From assembly GCF_009914755.1 (NCBI RefSeq), contig NC_060940.1: a stretch of 64,000 bases of DNA; one strand, given 5' to 3'. The position numbers were made by a program, and so were the translations under genes. The stretch is from the human T2T-CHM13v2.0 reference genome, Homo sapiens. Below, in pieces: positions 1-12,900 of this stretch. The notes beneath the pieces are model-generated. The model was not told where the DNA came from and ran no database searches. It worked only from the letters and a program-made list of their open reading frames with translations. How positions within the stretch are numbered: the first letter of the stretch is position 1; each line of letters starts with the position of its first letter.

Positions 1-3000
1 GACAATTTGATTCCATTCGATGATGATTCCATTTGAGTTCATTCGATGATTCTATTCGATTCTCTTCGATGGTGATTCAATTCTATTATATTGGATGATT
101 CCATTCGATTCCATTTGATGTTGATTCAATTCGATTCTATTCGATGATGATTCCATTGGATTTCACTTGATGATTCTATTCGATTCCATTCAATGATGAT
201 TCACTTCTCGTCCATTGGATGATTCCATTTCATTCCATTCGATGATGATTCCATTCGATTCCATTCGATGATTCCATTTGATTCCATGCGACGGTGAGCA
301 ATTCGATTCAATTCCATGATGATTCTATTTGATTCAATTAGATGATGTTTCCATTCGAATCCATTCCATGATTATTCCATTGGAATCCATTTGGCGATGA
401 TTCCATATGAGTCAATTCAATGATGATTCCATATGGGTCCGTTCGATGAAAATTCCATTTGATTTCATTCAATGCTTCTATTCTATTCCAGTCGATGATG
501 ATTCCGTTGGAGTCCATACGATGATTCCATTTGATTTCATTTGATGATGATTCCATTCGATGATGATTACATTGGATTCCATTCTATGATTCCATTCAAT
601 TCCATTCGTTGATGATTCGATTCCATTCAATGATGATTCCATTTGAGTTCATTCGATGATTCTATTCGATTCCGTTCGATGGTGATTCAATTCTATTATA
701 TTGGATGATTCCACTCTATTCCATTTGATGATTATTCCATTGGAGTCCACTTAGTGAATCCTTTAGATTCTACTCGAAGATGATTCCATTCGAGTCCATT
801 CAATGATACCATTCAATTTCATTCGTTGATGCTTCCATTCAAGTGCATTCGATGATATCATTCGATTCCATTTGATGATAATTCCATTTGATTCCATGCG
901 ATGATTCTATTCGATTCCATTCAATGATAATTCCATTCAATTCAGTGATTCCTCTGGACTCCATTTGATGATGATTCCATTCAATGATTCCATTCGATTC
1001 TATTCCAAAATGATTCCATTTGAATCCATTTGATGATGATTCCATTAGATTCCATTTGATGATTCCATTCGATTGCCTTTGACGATGATTCCATTCGATT
1101 CCATTTGATGATTCCATTCTATTCTATTCGATGATGATTCCATTCGATTCCATTTGATGATGATTGGATTCGATTCCATTTGATGATTTCATTTGATTCC
1201 ATTCTTTAATGATTTCGATCAATTCCATTCGATGATTCCATTTGATTCCATTCGATAATGATTACATCCGAGTCCATTCGATGATTCCATTTGAGCCCGT
1301 TCGATAATTCCATTTGAGTCCAATCAATGATTCCATTCATTTCCATTCAATGATTCCATTCGAGTCCATTTGATCATTCTGGTAGGGTCCGTTCGATGTT
1401 GATTCCATTGGAGTGCATTCGATTATTCCAGTCGAGTCCATTTTATGATTTGATTCGAGTCCTTTCGATGATTCCATTCGATTCCACTCGATGATGATTT
1501 CATTCGAGTCCATTCGACACTTCCAATCGATTCCATTTGATGTTTCCATTCGAGTCCAATTGATGATTCCATTCAATTCCATTCGATGATGATTCCGTAC
1601 GATTCCATTCTGTGATGATTCCATGTGATTGCATTCAATGATGATTCCTTTCGATTGCATTCGATTATGATTCATTTCGTGTTCATTCTATGGTTCCACA
1701 GGTTTCCATTCGATGACGTTTCCGTTCGTGTCCATTCCATTATTCCATTCTATTTCATTTGATGATGATTCCATTCGATTCCATTCATTGGTGATTCCAC
1801 TCAATTCCATTCAATGATTCCATTCCATTTCTTTCAACAATGATTCCATTAGTTTCTATTCGACGATCCACTTGATTCCATTTGGCGATGATTCCATTCG
1901 TGTCCATTCGATGATTCCATTTGATTCCATATGAGGATGATTCCATTCGATTCCATACGATGATGATTCCATTCGAGTCCATTCAACGGTGATTCCATTC
2001 AATTCCATTCGATGATTCCTTCCGATTCCATTCGATGATGATAGCATTCGATTCCTTTCAATCATTCCCTTTGATTCCATTCAAAGGTGATTTCATTCAA
2101 GTCCATTCGATAATTGCATTCGATTCCATTCTATGATGATTCCATTCGAGTCCATTTGATGATTCCATTCAATTCAAGTCAATGATGATTCCATTCAATT
2201 CCACTCGATGATTCCATTGGATTCCATTCGATGATGATTCCATTCAAATCCATTCGATAATTCAATTCAAGTCCATTCGATGATGATTCCAATCGAATCC
2301 ATTCAAAGATTCCATTCAATTCCATTCGATGATGATTCCCTTAGATTCCATTCGATGATTCCACTTGATTCCATTTACGATGATTCCATTCGATTCCATG
2401 TGATGAATCCATTCAATTCTATTCAATGATGTTTCCATTTGATTCCATTGGACCATGATTGCCTTTGATTCCATTCAATGATTCCATTCGGTTCCATTTG
2501 ATGATGATTCCGTTCGATTCCATTTCATTATTCCATTTGATTCCATTGGATGAGTCCATTCGATTACATTCGATGATTATTCCATTCTAGTGCATTAGAT
2601 GATTGCATTCGAGTCCATTCGATGATTCCATTCGATTCCATTCGATGTTGATTCTGTTCAAATCCATTCGATGATTCCACTCGATTCCAATCGATGACTC
2701 CATTTGATCCCATTCGATGATTTCCTGTGATTCCCTTTGATGATCATTCTATTTGATTCAATTCGGTGATTTCATTTCATTCCATTCAGTGATGTTTCCA
2801 TTCGACTGTATTCGATGATGATTCCATTCGACTCCATTCGATTATGATTTCATTCAATTCCATTCAATAATGATTCCCTTCGAGTCCATTCGATGATTCC
2901 ATTCGATTCCATTCAACGATGATTTGATTCGTTTCCATTCGATGATTCCATTTGATTCCACTTGATGATGATTCCATTCGAGTCCATTTGATGATTCCAT

Positions 3001-6000
3001 TGGAGTCTATTTATGTATTATATTCGTGTCCACTTCATGATTCCATTCAATTCCATTTAATGTTGATTCCATTTGATTCCATTTGATGATTCAGTTCGAT
3101 TCCTTGCAATGATTCCCTACGATTCCTTTCTATGATGATTCCATTCGATTCCATTCATTGATGATTTCATTCGACTCCATTCGATGATGATTCCTTTCGA
3201 TTCCATTTGACGATGTTTCCATTCGAGTCCATTCGATGATGATTCTATTCAATTGTGTTCTATTATGATTCCGTTCGATTTCATTCAATGCTTCTATTTG
3301 ATTCCATTCGATGATGATTCCATCTCTTTCCCTTCGATGATTCCATTTGATTCCAGTCAGTGATGATTCCATTTGATTCCATCTGATGATGATTTCACTT
3401 GATTCCTTTCAATGATGATTCAATTCAAGTCCATTCGATGATTCCATTGGAGTCCAAACGATCATTCCGTTCGATTCCATTCAATGGTGATTCCATTCAT
3501 GTCCATTCGATGAATCCATTCAATTCCATTCGATGATGACTCCATTCGAGTACATTCGATGATTCCATTTGATTCCATTTGAAGATGATTCCATTCAATT
3601 CCATTCGAAGATGATTCCATTCAATTCCATTCGATGATGATTCCGTATGAATCCATTCTCTGATTATTCCATTCGATTCCATTCATTGACGATTCCATTC
3701 AATTCCATTCAATGATGATTCTCTTCTATTCCATTCGATGATTCCGGTCGATTCCATTCGATGATGATTCCATTAGATTCCATTCGATTGTTGCATTCGA
3801 TTCCCTTCGATGATGATTCCTTTGAATTCCATTCGATTATCATTCCGTATGAATCCATTTGATGATTATTCCATTGGATTCCTTTCGATGATGATTCCAT
3901 TCGATTCCATTTGATGATGTTTCTCTTGTATTCCATTGGATAATTCCTTTCCGTTCCCTTCGATGATTATTCTTTCGAGTCAATTCGATGATTCTATTCC
4001 ATTCCCTTCGATGATGATTCCATTTCACTCCATTTGATGATTCCATTCGACTCAATTTGGTGATGATTCAATTCGATGACATTCGATGACTCCATTAAAT
4101 TTCATTTGATGATGATTACATTCGAGTCCATTTGATGATTGTATTCCTTTCCTTTTGATGATTATTCCATTCGTGTCTATTCAAAGGTTCCATTCTATTC
4201 CATTCAATGATGATTGCATTTGATTCCATTCAATGATTATGGCTATCGATTCCACTCGTTGATTCCATTTGATTCCGTTCGATGATTATTCCGTTAGATT
4301 CCATTAGAAGATTCCATTCGATTTTATTCAATGATTCCAATGGATTCCATTCAATGATGATTCCATTCGACTCCATTCAGTGATTCCATTCGAGTCCATT
4401 TGATGATTCCATTCTTTTCCATTTGATGATGATTCCATTAGGGTCCATTCAATGATTCCATTCGAGTCCATTCGTTAATGCCTTTCGAGTCCTTTTGATC
4501 ACTACATTCGAGTCCATTCAATGATTCTATTCGATTCCATTCCATGATGATTCCATTCGAGTTCATTCGATGATTGCATTCGAGTCCATTTGATGATTCC
4601 ATATGATTCCATTCGACAATGATTCCATTCGTGTCCATTTGATGATTCCATTCATTTCCTATCGATGAAGATTCCATTCAAGTGTATTCGATGATTCCAT
4701 TCAAATCCATTCGATGATGATTCCATTCCAGTCCATTCGATCATTCCACTTGATTCCATTTGATGACTATTCCATTCAAATCCATTTGATGATTCCATTC
4801 GATTCCATTCGATGTTACCATTCGAGTATATACGATGATTCCACTCGATTCCATTTGATGATTATTCCATTGGAGTCCACTTAGTGAATCCTTTAGATTC
4901 TACTGGAAGATGATTCCATTCGAGTCCATTCGATGATACCATTCAATTCCATTCGTTGATGCTTCCATTCAAGTGCATTCGATGATATCATTCGATTCCA
5001 TTTGATGATAATTCCATTTGATTCCATGCGATGATTCTATTCGATTCCATTCAATGATAATTCCATTCAATTCAGTGATTCCTCTGGACTCCATTTGATG
5101 ATGATTCCATTCAATGATTCCATTCGATTCTATTCGAAAATGATTCCATTTGAATCCATTTGATGATGATTCCATTGGATTCAATTTGATGATTCCATTC
5201 GATTCCATTCGATGATGATTCCATTCGATTCCTTTTGATGAATCCATTCTATTGTATTCGATGATGATTCCATTCGATTCCATTCGATGATGATTGGATT
5301 CGATTCCATTTGATGATTTCATTTGATTCCATTCGATAATGATTTCGATCAATTCCATTCGATGATTCCATTCGATTCCATTCGATAATGATTACATCCG
5401 AGTCCATTCGATGATTCCATTTGAGCCCGTTCGATAATTCCATTTGAGTCCAATCAATGATTCCATTCATTTCCATTCAATGATTCCATTCGAGTCCATT
5501 TGATCATTCCGGTAGGGTCCGTTCGATGTTGATTCCATTGGAGTGCATTCGATGATTCCATTCGAGTCCATTTTAGGATTTGATTCGAGTCCTTTCGATG
5601 ATTCCATTCGATTCCACTCGATGATTTCATTCGAGTCCATTCGACACTTCCAATCGATTCCATTTGATGTTTCCATTCGATTCCAATTGATGATTCCATT
5701 CAATTCCATTCGATGATGATTCCGTACGATTCCATTCTGTGATGATTCCATGTGATTGCATTCAATGATGATTCCTTTCGATTGCATTCGATTATGATTC
5801 ATTTCGTGTTCATTCTATGGTTCCACAGGTTTCCATTCGATGATGTTTCCATTCGTGTCCATTCCATTATTCCATTCTATTCCATTTGAAGATGATTCCA
5901 TTCGATTCCATTCATTGGTGATTCCACTCAATTCCATTCAATGATTCCATTCCATTTCTTTCAACAATGATTCCATTAGTTTCTATTCGATGATCCACTT

Positions 6001-9000
6001 GATTCCATTTGACGATGATTCCATTCGTGTCCATTCGATGATTCCATTTGATTCCATATGATGATGATTCCATTCTATTCCATACGATGATGATTCCATT
6101 CGAGTCCATTCAATGGTGATTCCATTCAATTCCATTCGATGATTCCTTTCGATTCCATTCAATGATGATGGCATTCGATTCCTTTCGATCATTCCCTTTG
6201 ATTCCATTCAAAGGTGATTTCATTCAAGTCCATTCGATAATTGCATTCGATTCCATTCTATGATGATTCCATTCGAGTCCATTTGATGATTCCATTCAAT
6301 TCAAGTCAATGATGATTCCATTCGATTCCACTCGATGATTCCATTGGATTCCATTCGATGATGATTCCATTCAAATCCATTCGATAATTCAATTCAAGTC
6401 CATTCGATGATGATTCCAATCGAATCCATTCAAAGATTCCACTCCATTCCATTCGATGATGATTCCCTTAGATTCCATTCGATGATTCCACTTGATTCCA
6501 TTTACGATGATTCCATTCGATTCCATGTGATGATTCCATTCAATTCTATTTAATGATGTTTCCACTTGATTCCATTCGAACATGATTGCCTTTGATTCCA
6601 TTCAATGATTCCATACGGTTCCATTTGATGATGATTCCATTCGAGTGCATTAGATGATTCCATTCGAGTCCATTCGATGATTCCATTCGATTCCATTCGA
6701 TGTTGATTCTGTTCAAATCCATTCGATGATTCCACTCGATTCCATTCGATGACTCCATTTGATCCCATTCGATGATTTCCTTTGATTCCCTTTGATGATC
6801 ATTCCATTTGATTCAATTCGGTGATTTCATTTGATTCCATTCAGTGATGTTTCCATTCAACTCCTTTCGATGATGATTCCATTCGAATCCATTCGATTAT
6901 GATTTCATTCAATTCCATTCGATAATGATTCCCTTCAAGTCCATTCGATGATTCCATTCGATTCCATTCAACGATGATTTGATTCGTGTCCATTCGATGA
7001 TTCCATTTGATTCCATTTGATGATGATTCCATTCGAGTCCCTTTGATGATTCCATTCAATTCCATTCTCCGATGATTTCTTTTGAGCCCATTCAATGCTT
7101 CCACTCGATTCCATATGATGATGACTCCATTTGATGAAATTCCATGATGATTCCATTCGCTTGCATTCGATGATGATTCCACTTGAGTCCGTTAGAAGAT
7201 TCTATTCAATTACATTCCATGACGATTCTGTTCGAGTCCATTTGATGATTCCATTAGACTCCATTCGACGATGATTCCATTCGATGTTATTCGATGATGA
7301 TTCCATTCAACTCCATTCGATGTTTCCATTCGAGTTCATTCTATTATTCCATTAGATTCCATTCGATGATGATTCCATTCGATTCCATTTGATGATTGCA
7401 TTCTATTTCATTTGATGATGATTCCATTCGAGTCCATTCGATGATTCCATTCGAGTCCATTTAATGAATCCATTGGTTTCAATTCTATGATGATTACATT
7501 GGATTCCATTCGTTGATGATTTCATTCGATTCCATTCAATGATGATTCCATTCAATTCCATTCAATGATTCCATTCAATTCCATACGATGATGATTCCAT
7601 TTGATTTGATTCGACAGTGAGCCATTCGATTCAATTCCATGATGATTCTATTTGATTCAATTGGTTGACATTTCCATTCGATTCCATTCGATGATGATTC
7701 CATTTGATTCCATTCAAAGATGATTCCATTCTAGCCCATTCAATCATTCCATTCGATTCTATTCAATGATGATTCCATTCATGTCGATTTGGTGATTCCA
7801 TTTGACTTCATTTGATGATGATTCCTTTCAAGTTCATTAGATGATTCCATTCGATTCCATTTGATGATGATCCCATTCGAGTCCATTCAGTGATTCCACT
7901 CGTTTCCATTCCATGATGATTCCATTCCATTCCATTCAATGATTCCATTCGATTCCGTTTGATGATGATTTCATTCGAGTCCATTTGATGATTCCATTTG
8001 ATTCCATTCGATGATGATTACATTCGAGTCCATACGATGATTCCACTCAATTCCATATGATGATGATTCCATTCGATTCCATTCGATGATTCCATTCTAT
8101 TCTATTCAATGTTGATTCCATTCGAGTACATTAGATGATTCCATTCGATTCCATTCAATGATGATTCTATTTGTGTCCCTTAGATGGTTCCACATGATTC
8201 CATTTCATGATGATACTATTTGAGCCCATCCAATGATTCCCTTCGATTCCATTCGATGAGGATTCCATTCGATTCAATTCATTGGTGATTCTATTCAATT
8301 CAATTCTTTGATTCCATTCCATTCCATTCGACAATGATTCCATTCGATTTCTTTCGATGATTCCACTCGATTCCACTTGACATTGATTCCATTCGATTCC
8401 ATTCAATGATTCCGTTTGATTCCAGTGGATGATGATTGCCATCGATTCCATTCGATCACTCCATTCTATTCCATTTGATGATGATTACATTCGATTCCAT
8501 TTGATGATTCCATCTGATTCTATTCGAGGATTCCATTTGATTCCATTCGATGATGATTCCATTCGAGTGCATTCGATGATTTCATTCGAGTACATCCAAT
8601 GATTCCATTCGAGTCCATTTGATTTTTCCATTTAATTCCATTTGATTATGATTCTACTAGAGTCCATTCAATGACTCCATTCGAATCCATTCAACAATTC
8701 CATTCGAGGCCATTCGATGATTCCATTTCATGATTCCATTCGAGTCCATTTAATCATTACAGTCGAGTCCATTTGGTGATTCCACTGGATTTCTTTTGAT
8801 AATGATACCATTCAATTACATTTGATGATGATCCCATTCAATTTCATTTGATGGTGATTCCATTAGAGTCCATTCGATGATTTCATTCGAGTCCCTTCAT
8901 TGATTCCATCCGATTTCATTTGATGATGACTCCATTCGAGTCCATTCGATGATTCCACTCGATTCCATTAGATGATTCCATTGGAGTCCATTTGATTGTT

Positions 9001-9983
9001 CCATTCGATTCTATTCGATTCCTTTCGAAGATTATTCCATTTGAGTCCATTCGATGATGATTCCATTCCATTCCATTCGATGATTCCGTTTGATTCCATT
9101 CGATGATTCCCTTCGATTCCTTTCTTTGATGATTCCATTCCATTCCATTCAATGATTCCATTCGAATCTATTCCATGATGATTCCTTTCGATTCCATTCG
9201 CTGATGTTTCCGTTCAATTCCATTCGATGATGATTCCATTCGATTCCATTCATTGAGGATTCCATTTGATTCCATTCAATGATGATTCCATTCTATTCCA
9301 TTCAATGATTGCATTCAATTCCATTCAATGATTATCCCCTTAGAGTAAACTCAACGATTCCATTCAATACCATTCGATGATGATTCCTTTTGAGTCCATT
9401 CAATGATTTCATTCAAGTCCATTTGATGATTCCTTTCAATTCCATTCTATGATGATTCCATTCGAGTCCATTCGATGATTCCATTCGATTGCATTCGATG
9501 ATTCCATTATATTCCATTCAACGGTGATTCCATTCGAGTCCATTCCATGATTCCATTAGAGTACATTTAATGATTGCTTTGTTTTCAATTCGAAGATGAT
9601 TACATTGGATTCCATTCTATGATACCATTCGATTCCATTCAATGATGATTCCACTCAAATCCATTGGATGATTCCATTCGTGTCCATTCGGTGATTTCAT
9701 TAGATTCCATTCGAGGATGATTCCATTCGATTCCATTCGATGATTCCATTCAATTACATTCGATGATGATTCCATTCCAGTCCATATGATCATTCCATTT
9801 GATTTCATTCGATGATGATTCCATTCGATTCCATTCGATGATTCCATTCTATTCCATTCGATGATGATTCCATTCGAGTCCATTCGATGATTCCATTCGA
9901 GTCCATTTAATGATTCCATTGGGTTCAATTCAATGATGATTACATTGGATTCCGTTCTATGATTCCATTCAATTCCGTTCATT
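1..9983 (+). repeat. Composite higher-order unit U1 (9,983 bp): canonical ~1-2980 + block X + canonical ~711-6112 with deletions
   Basis: Anchor at 1 and 9984. The once-per-unit motif GGAGTCCACTTAGTGAATCC and the EcoRV site GATATC recur internally at offset 4130 (854 and 4984). ORF-track homologues 839/4969 and 1337/5467 show the same offset. Confidence 0.9.
3003..4835 (+). repeat. Non-canonical HSat2 block X, copy 1 (~1.83 kb)
   Basis: Begins GAGTCTATTTATGTATTATATTCGTGTCC where the 6112-bp unit reads CAATTCCATTCTCCGATG. Private motifs include CCTTGCAATGATTCCCTACG, GGAGTCCAAACG, TATGGCTATCG, GAGTATATACG and GAATTC at 3824. Rejoins canonical sequence at ~4841. Confidence 0.88.
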
Positions 9984-12900
9984 GACAATTTGATTCCATT
10001 CGATGATGATTCCATTTGAGTTCATTCGATGATTCTATTTGATTCTCTTCGATGGTGATTCAATTCTATTATATTGGATGATTCCATTCGATTCCATTTG
10101 ATGTTGATTCAATTCGATTCTATTCGATGATGATTCCATTGGATTTCACTTCATGATTCTGTTCGATTCCATTCAATGATGATTCACTTCTCGTCCATTG
10201 GATGATTCCATTTCATTCCATTCGATGATGATTCCATTCGATTCCATTCGATGATTCCATTTGATTCCATGCGTCGGTGAGCAATTCGATTCAATTCCAT
10301 GATGATTCTATTTGATTCAATTAGATGATGTTTCCATTCGAATCCATTCCATGATTATTCCATTGGAATCCATTCGGCGATGATTCCATATGAGTCAATT
10401 CAATGATGATTCCATATGGGTCCGTTCGATGATAATTCCTTTTGATTTCATTCGGTGCTTCTATTCAATTCCAGTCGATGATGATTCCGTTGGAGTCCAT
10501 ACGATGATTCCATTTGATTTCATTTGATGATGATTCCATTCGATGATGATTACATTGGATTCCATTCTATGATTCCATTCAATTCCATTCCTTGATGATT
10601 CGATTCCATTCAATGATGATTCCATTTGAGTTCATTCGATGATTCTATTCGATTCCGTTCGATGGTGATTCAATTCTCTTATATTGGATGAATCCACTCG
10701 ATTCCATTGGATGATTATTCCATTGGAGTCCACTTAGTGAATCCTTCAGATTCTACTCGAAGATGATTCCATTCAAGTCCATTCGATGATACCATTCAAT
10801 TCCATTCGTTGATGCTTCCATTCAAGTGCATTCGATGATATCATTCGATTCCATTTGATGATAATTCCATTTCATTCCATGCGATGATTCTATTCGATTC
10901 CATTCAATGATAATTCCATTCAGTTCAGTGATTCCTCTGGACTCCATTTGATGATGATTCCATTCAATGATTCCATTCGATTCTATTCGAAAATGATTCC
11001 ATTTGAATCCATTTGATGATGATTCCATTAGATTCCATTTGATGATTCCATTCGATTCCATGCGACGATGATTCCATTCGATTCCGTTTGATGATTCCAT
11101 TCTATTCTATTCGATGATGATTCCATTCGATTCCATTCGATGATGATTGGATTTGATTCCATTTGATGATTTCATTTGATTCCATTCGTTAATGATTTCG
11201 ATCAATTCCATTCGATGATTCCATTCGATTCCATTCGATAATGATTACATCCGTGTCCATTCAATGATTTCATTTGAGCCTGTTCGATAATTCCATTTGA
11301 GTCCAACCAATGATTCCATTCATTTCCATTCAATGATTCCATTCGAGTCCATTTGATCATTCCGGTAGGGTCCATTCGATGTTGATTCCATTGGAGTGCA
11401 TTCGATGATTCCATTCGAGTCCATTTTATGATTTGATTCGAGTCCTTTCGATGATTCCATTCGATTCCACTCGATGATGATTTCATTCGAGTCCATTCGA
11501 CACTTCCAATCGATTCCATTTGATGTTTCCATTCGAGTCCAATTGATGATTCCATTCAATTCCATTCGATGATGATTCCGTACGATTCCATTCTGTGATG
11601 ATTCCATGTGATTGCATTCAATGATGATTCCTTTAGATTGCATTCGATTGTGATTCATTTCGTCTTCATTCTATGGTTCCACAGGTTTCCATTCGTGTCC
11701 ATTCCATTATTCCATTCTATTCCATTTGATGATGATTCCATTCGATTCCATTCATTGGTGATTCCACTCAATTCCATTCAATGATTCCATTCCATTTCTT
11801 TCAACAATGATTCCATTAGTTTCTAATCGATGATCCACTTGATTCCATTTGACGACGATTCTATTCTTGTCCATTCGATGATTCCATTTGATTCCATATC
11901 ATGTTGATTCCATTCGATTCCATACGATGATGATTCCATTCGAGTCCATTCCATGGTGATTCCATTCAATTCCATTCGATGATTCCTTTCGATTCCATTC
12001 GATGATGATGGCATTCGATTCCTTTCAATCATTCCCTTTGATTCCATTCAAAGGTGATTTCATTCAAGTCCATTCGATAATTGCATTCGATTCCATTCTA
12101 TGATGATTCCATTCGAGTCCATTTGATGATTCCATTCAATTCAAGTCAATGATGATTCCATTCGATTCCATTCGATGATTCCATTCAATTCCATTCGATG
12201 ATGATTCCATTCAAATCCATTCGATAATTCAATTCAAGTCCATTCGATGATGATTAAAATCGAATCCATTCAAAGATTCCATTCAGTTCCATTCGATGAT
12301 TCCCTTAGATTCCATTCGATGATTCCACTTGATTCCATTTACGATGATTCCATTCTATTCCATGTGATGATTCCATTCAATTCTATTCAATGCTGTTTCC
12401 ATTTGATTCCATTCGACCATGATTGCCTTTGATTCCATTCAATGACTCCATTCGGTTCCTTTTGATGATGATTCCGTTCGATTCCATTTCATTATTCCAT
12501 TTGATTCCATTGGATGAGTCCATTCGATTACATTCGATGATTATTCCATTCGAGTGCATTAGATGATTCCATTCGAGTCCATTCGATGATTCCATTCGAT
12601 TCCATTCGATGTTGATTCTGTTCAAATCCATTCGATGATTCCACTCGATTCCATTCGATGACTCCAGTTGATCCCATTCGATGATTTCCTTTGATTCCCT
12701 TTGATGATCATTCCATTTGATTCAATTCGGTGATTTCATTGGATTCCATTCAGTGATGATTCCATTCGTCTCCATTCGATGATGATTCCATTCGACTCCA
12801 TTCGATTATGATTTCATTCAATTCCATTCGATAATGATTCCCTTCGAGTCCATTCGATGATTCCATTCGATTCCATTCAACAATGATTTGATTCGTGTCC

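Noticed and set aside
371-440. Small palindromes or hairpins (TTCCATTGGAA, CCATATGG)
   Set aside because: They arise from one or two substitutions in the monomer and are too short to indicate a structured RNA or terminator.
3006-3023. AT-rich TCTATTTATGTATTATAT as a TATA box or promoter
   Set aside because: A short AT-rich degenerate monomer with no supporting context; it cannot be called from sequence alone.
3003-4835. Block X as a transposon or retroposed insertion
   Set aside because: X is itself HSat2 sequence in the same orientation, with no terminal repeats, poly(A), target-site duplication or coding capacity.
9061-9150. Short (CATTC)3 runs suggesting an HSat3 domain
   Set aside because: Only 3-4 pentamers embedded in HSat2 context at fixed positions of the unit; not a separate array.
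12247-12432. The only + strand ORF (61 aa)
   Set aside because: It is a chance stop-free stretch in one unit, created by local variants. It is not listed for the sister unit U9, which has a TAG-creating variant.
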